DNA from: Candidatus Woesearchaeota archaeon
GTDB lineage: Archaea; Nanobdellota; Nanobdellia; Woesearchaeales; WJKL01
NCBI GenBank assembly: GCA_019322535.1
Contig: JAHWIM010000062.1
Span: forward strand, 1-57,210
Length of the DNA stretch: 57,210 nucleotides
Direction of reading: 5' to 3'
The position numbers were made by a program, and so were the translations under genes. Below, in pieces: positions 55,928 through 57,210 of this stretch (within the stretch, counting starts at the first letter, position 1; each line of letters opens with the position of its first letter). The notes below the pieces were generated by a model. That model saw nothing but the letters and a program-made list of their open reading frames with translations. It was not told the DNA's origin and did not search any database.

Positions 55928-56461
55928 GTGGTTAAAATAAGCATTGAAGATATACAAAAAATAAACAATATGGTTCAAGAACTTTTGAAAAAAGGTGTTT
56001 GTTCAACAAGAGAAGAAGCTGTTAAGATGGCAGAAAAATATCTAGATAAGAAAGTTGTAAGTTCTCGCACTGATGCGCTTGGACCAGAACCAAAAGCTAG
56101 TCAAACTCCTCAAAATGCTGCTTCTCAAGATCTTGAGACATTAAGGAGTGTCATTGAGAGAACAAAAGAATACACTCAAAAAGACTTGCAGAAATTCAGA
56201 GCTGCTTTGGAAATTTTGGCAAGAGATATTGACAACATCAAAAAAGAAATTAGGAACTTGAAGGTTGCTGGTGAAAATAGGTCTGTTGCAAATACTGAGT
56301 TAGAAGGAAAGAATGTTAAAGAAGCTACAGAAGAGCAAGAGAAATTAGAAGAAGAAACTCCTAAAGAAGAAAAGAAAGATAAAAACTTCCATCCAAAACA
56401 AGGAAGACTTAACTCAGAAGATGTCAGTGTAGAGAAGATGTTTTATTATGGGAAAAAGTGA
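55928..56461 (+). CDS. K/E-rich coiled-coil protein (paralog of the previous gene)
   Basis: GTG start. GVCSTREEAVKMAEKYL motif followed by a charged tail. Confidence 0.55.
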   Translation: MVKISIEDIQKINNMVQELLKKGVCSTREEAVKMAEKYLDKKVVSSRTDALGPEPKASQTPQNAASQDLETLRSVIERTKEYTQKDLQKFRAALEILARDIDNIKKEIRNLKVAGENRSVANTELEGKNVKEATEEQEKLEEETPKEEKKDKNFHPKQGRLNSEDVSVEKMFYYGKK

Positions 56462-56526
56462 TTAGTTAGTTAACCACAACAATTATATAGTACTTATTTC
56501 TAAATTATTTTAAAAAAGGGTGTGAT

Positions 56527-57210
56527 ATGGTTAATCTTCAATATACTAATTTGAGTTATAAGCCAGGTAAAAAAGATTTGGTTTGTGAATTTTATTTAGA
56601 ACCAAATAAGATTTCTTTTGAAAGGGCTTGCGAGCATGTTGCTGCTGAAAGCAGCATAGGAACATGGACAGATATTGCAACTATGAACAAGCAGATTGCA
56701 AGAAGATTAAAACCACATATTTTTGATATGAACAAAACAAGAAATGTTGTAAGAATTGCTTATCCTTCTGAATTATTTGAAGCAGGGAATATGCCTCAGA
56801 TATTAAGCAGTATTGGTGGGAATATTTTTGGAATGAAAGCAGTAAAAAATCTAAGACTGCAGGATATTTCTTTTCCTAAATCTATTATTAAGAAGTTTAA
56901 AGGACCAAGATTTGGAATTAAAGGTGTTAGAAAATTATTGAAAGTTAAGAAAAGGCCTTTAGTTGGAACTATTGTAAAGCCAAAAGTTGGTTTAACTGCT
57001 GAACAGCATGCTAAAGTTGCTTATGAAGCATGGGTAGGGTGATTAGATTTAGTAAAATATGATGAAAATTTGAGCAATATGGCATTTAACAAATTTGAGA
57101 AAAGAGTACAATTAACTCTAAAAATGAGAGATTTGGCTGAAAGAAAAACAGGAGAAAGAAAGATGTACATGCCAAATACTACTGCTGAAACAGATGAAAT
57201 GATAAGAAGA
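56527..57210 (+). pseudogene. rbcL: RuBisCO form III-type large subunit, interrupted by an in-frame TGA at 57040..57042; the frame continues to the window edge
   Basis: AAESSIGTWT, GGNIFGMKAV and GTIVKPKVGL precede the stop. After the stop the same frame reads LDLVKYDENL...GERKMYMPNTTAE. The TGA falls where GG-x-D has its second Gly. Confidence 0.8.

Noticed and set aside
57040-57042. The possibility that the in-frame TGA in RuBisCO reflects a genome-wide TGA=Gly code (code 25-like).
   Set aside because: TGA ends several well-delimited genes here, in ATGA start/stop overlaps (purL/purQ at 15547-15551, GNAT/HD at 2450-2453, purH halves at 20291-20294). All other conserved genes are full length under the standard code.
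1-57210. Mobile elements, prophage, CRISPR-Cas, toxin-antitoxin or restriction-modification defence loci.
   Set aside because: I found no integrase, transposase, Cas, terminal inverted repeat or repeat-spacer signatures in any frame. The only repeated DNA is the 39-nt element, the C1/C2 paralog core and the coding GCT repeat.

Overview
The window looks like a visibly AT-rich archaeal contig, and I infer a small-genome, DPANN-like lineage. Support for an archaeal origin: a Thermoplasma-like DnaK sequence, a form III RuBisCO, archaeal class III (KRGQ) signal peptides, and TATA boxes sitting 23 nt upstream of leaderless start codons. All calls come from reading the supplied ORF translations and the DNA by eye. 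No database search was possible, so family names rest on recognised motifs only.

Layout:
1. 1-5116: a heat-shock locus in which grpE and dnaK are separated by five small co-transcribed genes, with a divergent wHTH regulator.
2. 5117-7496: small membrane and secreted proteins.
3. 7579-26837: a near-complete de novo purine plus one-carbon supercluster. It contains purB, a PurF paralog lacking Cys1, purT, a PurS-like domain fused to PurL, purQ, a PurF-PurD fusion, 5-formyl-THF cyclo-ligase, a split purH, folD, purN, a PAICS-like PurC-PurE fusion, purM and glyA.
4. 27324-46955: the standout region. This is a ~19.6 kb, nine-gene, tightly coupled minus-strand operon of giant secreted, cysteine-rich or membrane proteins with no recognisable enzymes. 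It appears to be built from a duplicated three-gene module: a large protein with a class III pilin-like signal, a giant Ig-repeat/Cys-rich protein, and a polytopic membrane protein. It also contains a fibrous 1423-aa protein and a tandem pair of single-pass proteins. I propose it as an undescribed cell-surface or attachment system.
5. 47128-54956: a divergent Cys-rich membrane protein, surface-glycan decoration genes (LicC-like, GT2, LicD, pyruvyl transferase, DegT-like, methyltransferase) and metG.
6. 54990-57210: a flavin reductase, two K/E-rich paralogs, and a form III RuBisCO gene carrying an in-frame TGA at a conserved glycine.

I saw no rRNA, tRNA, CRISPR array, transposase or integrase.
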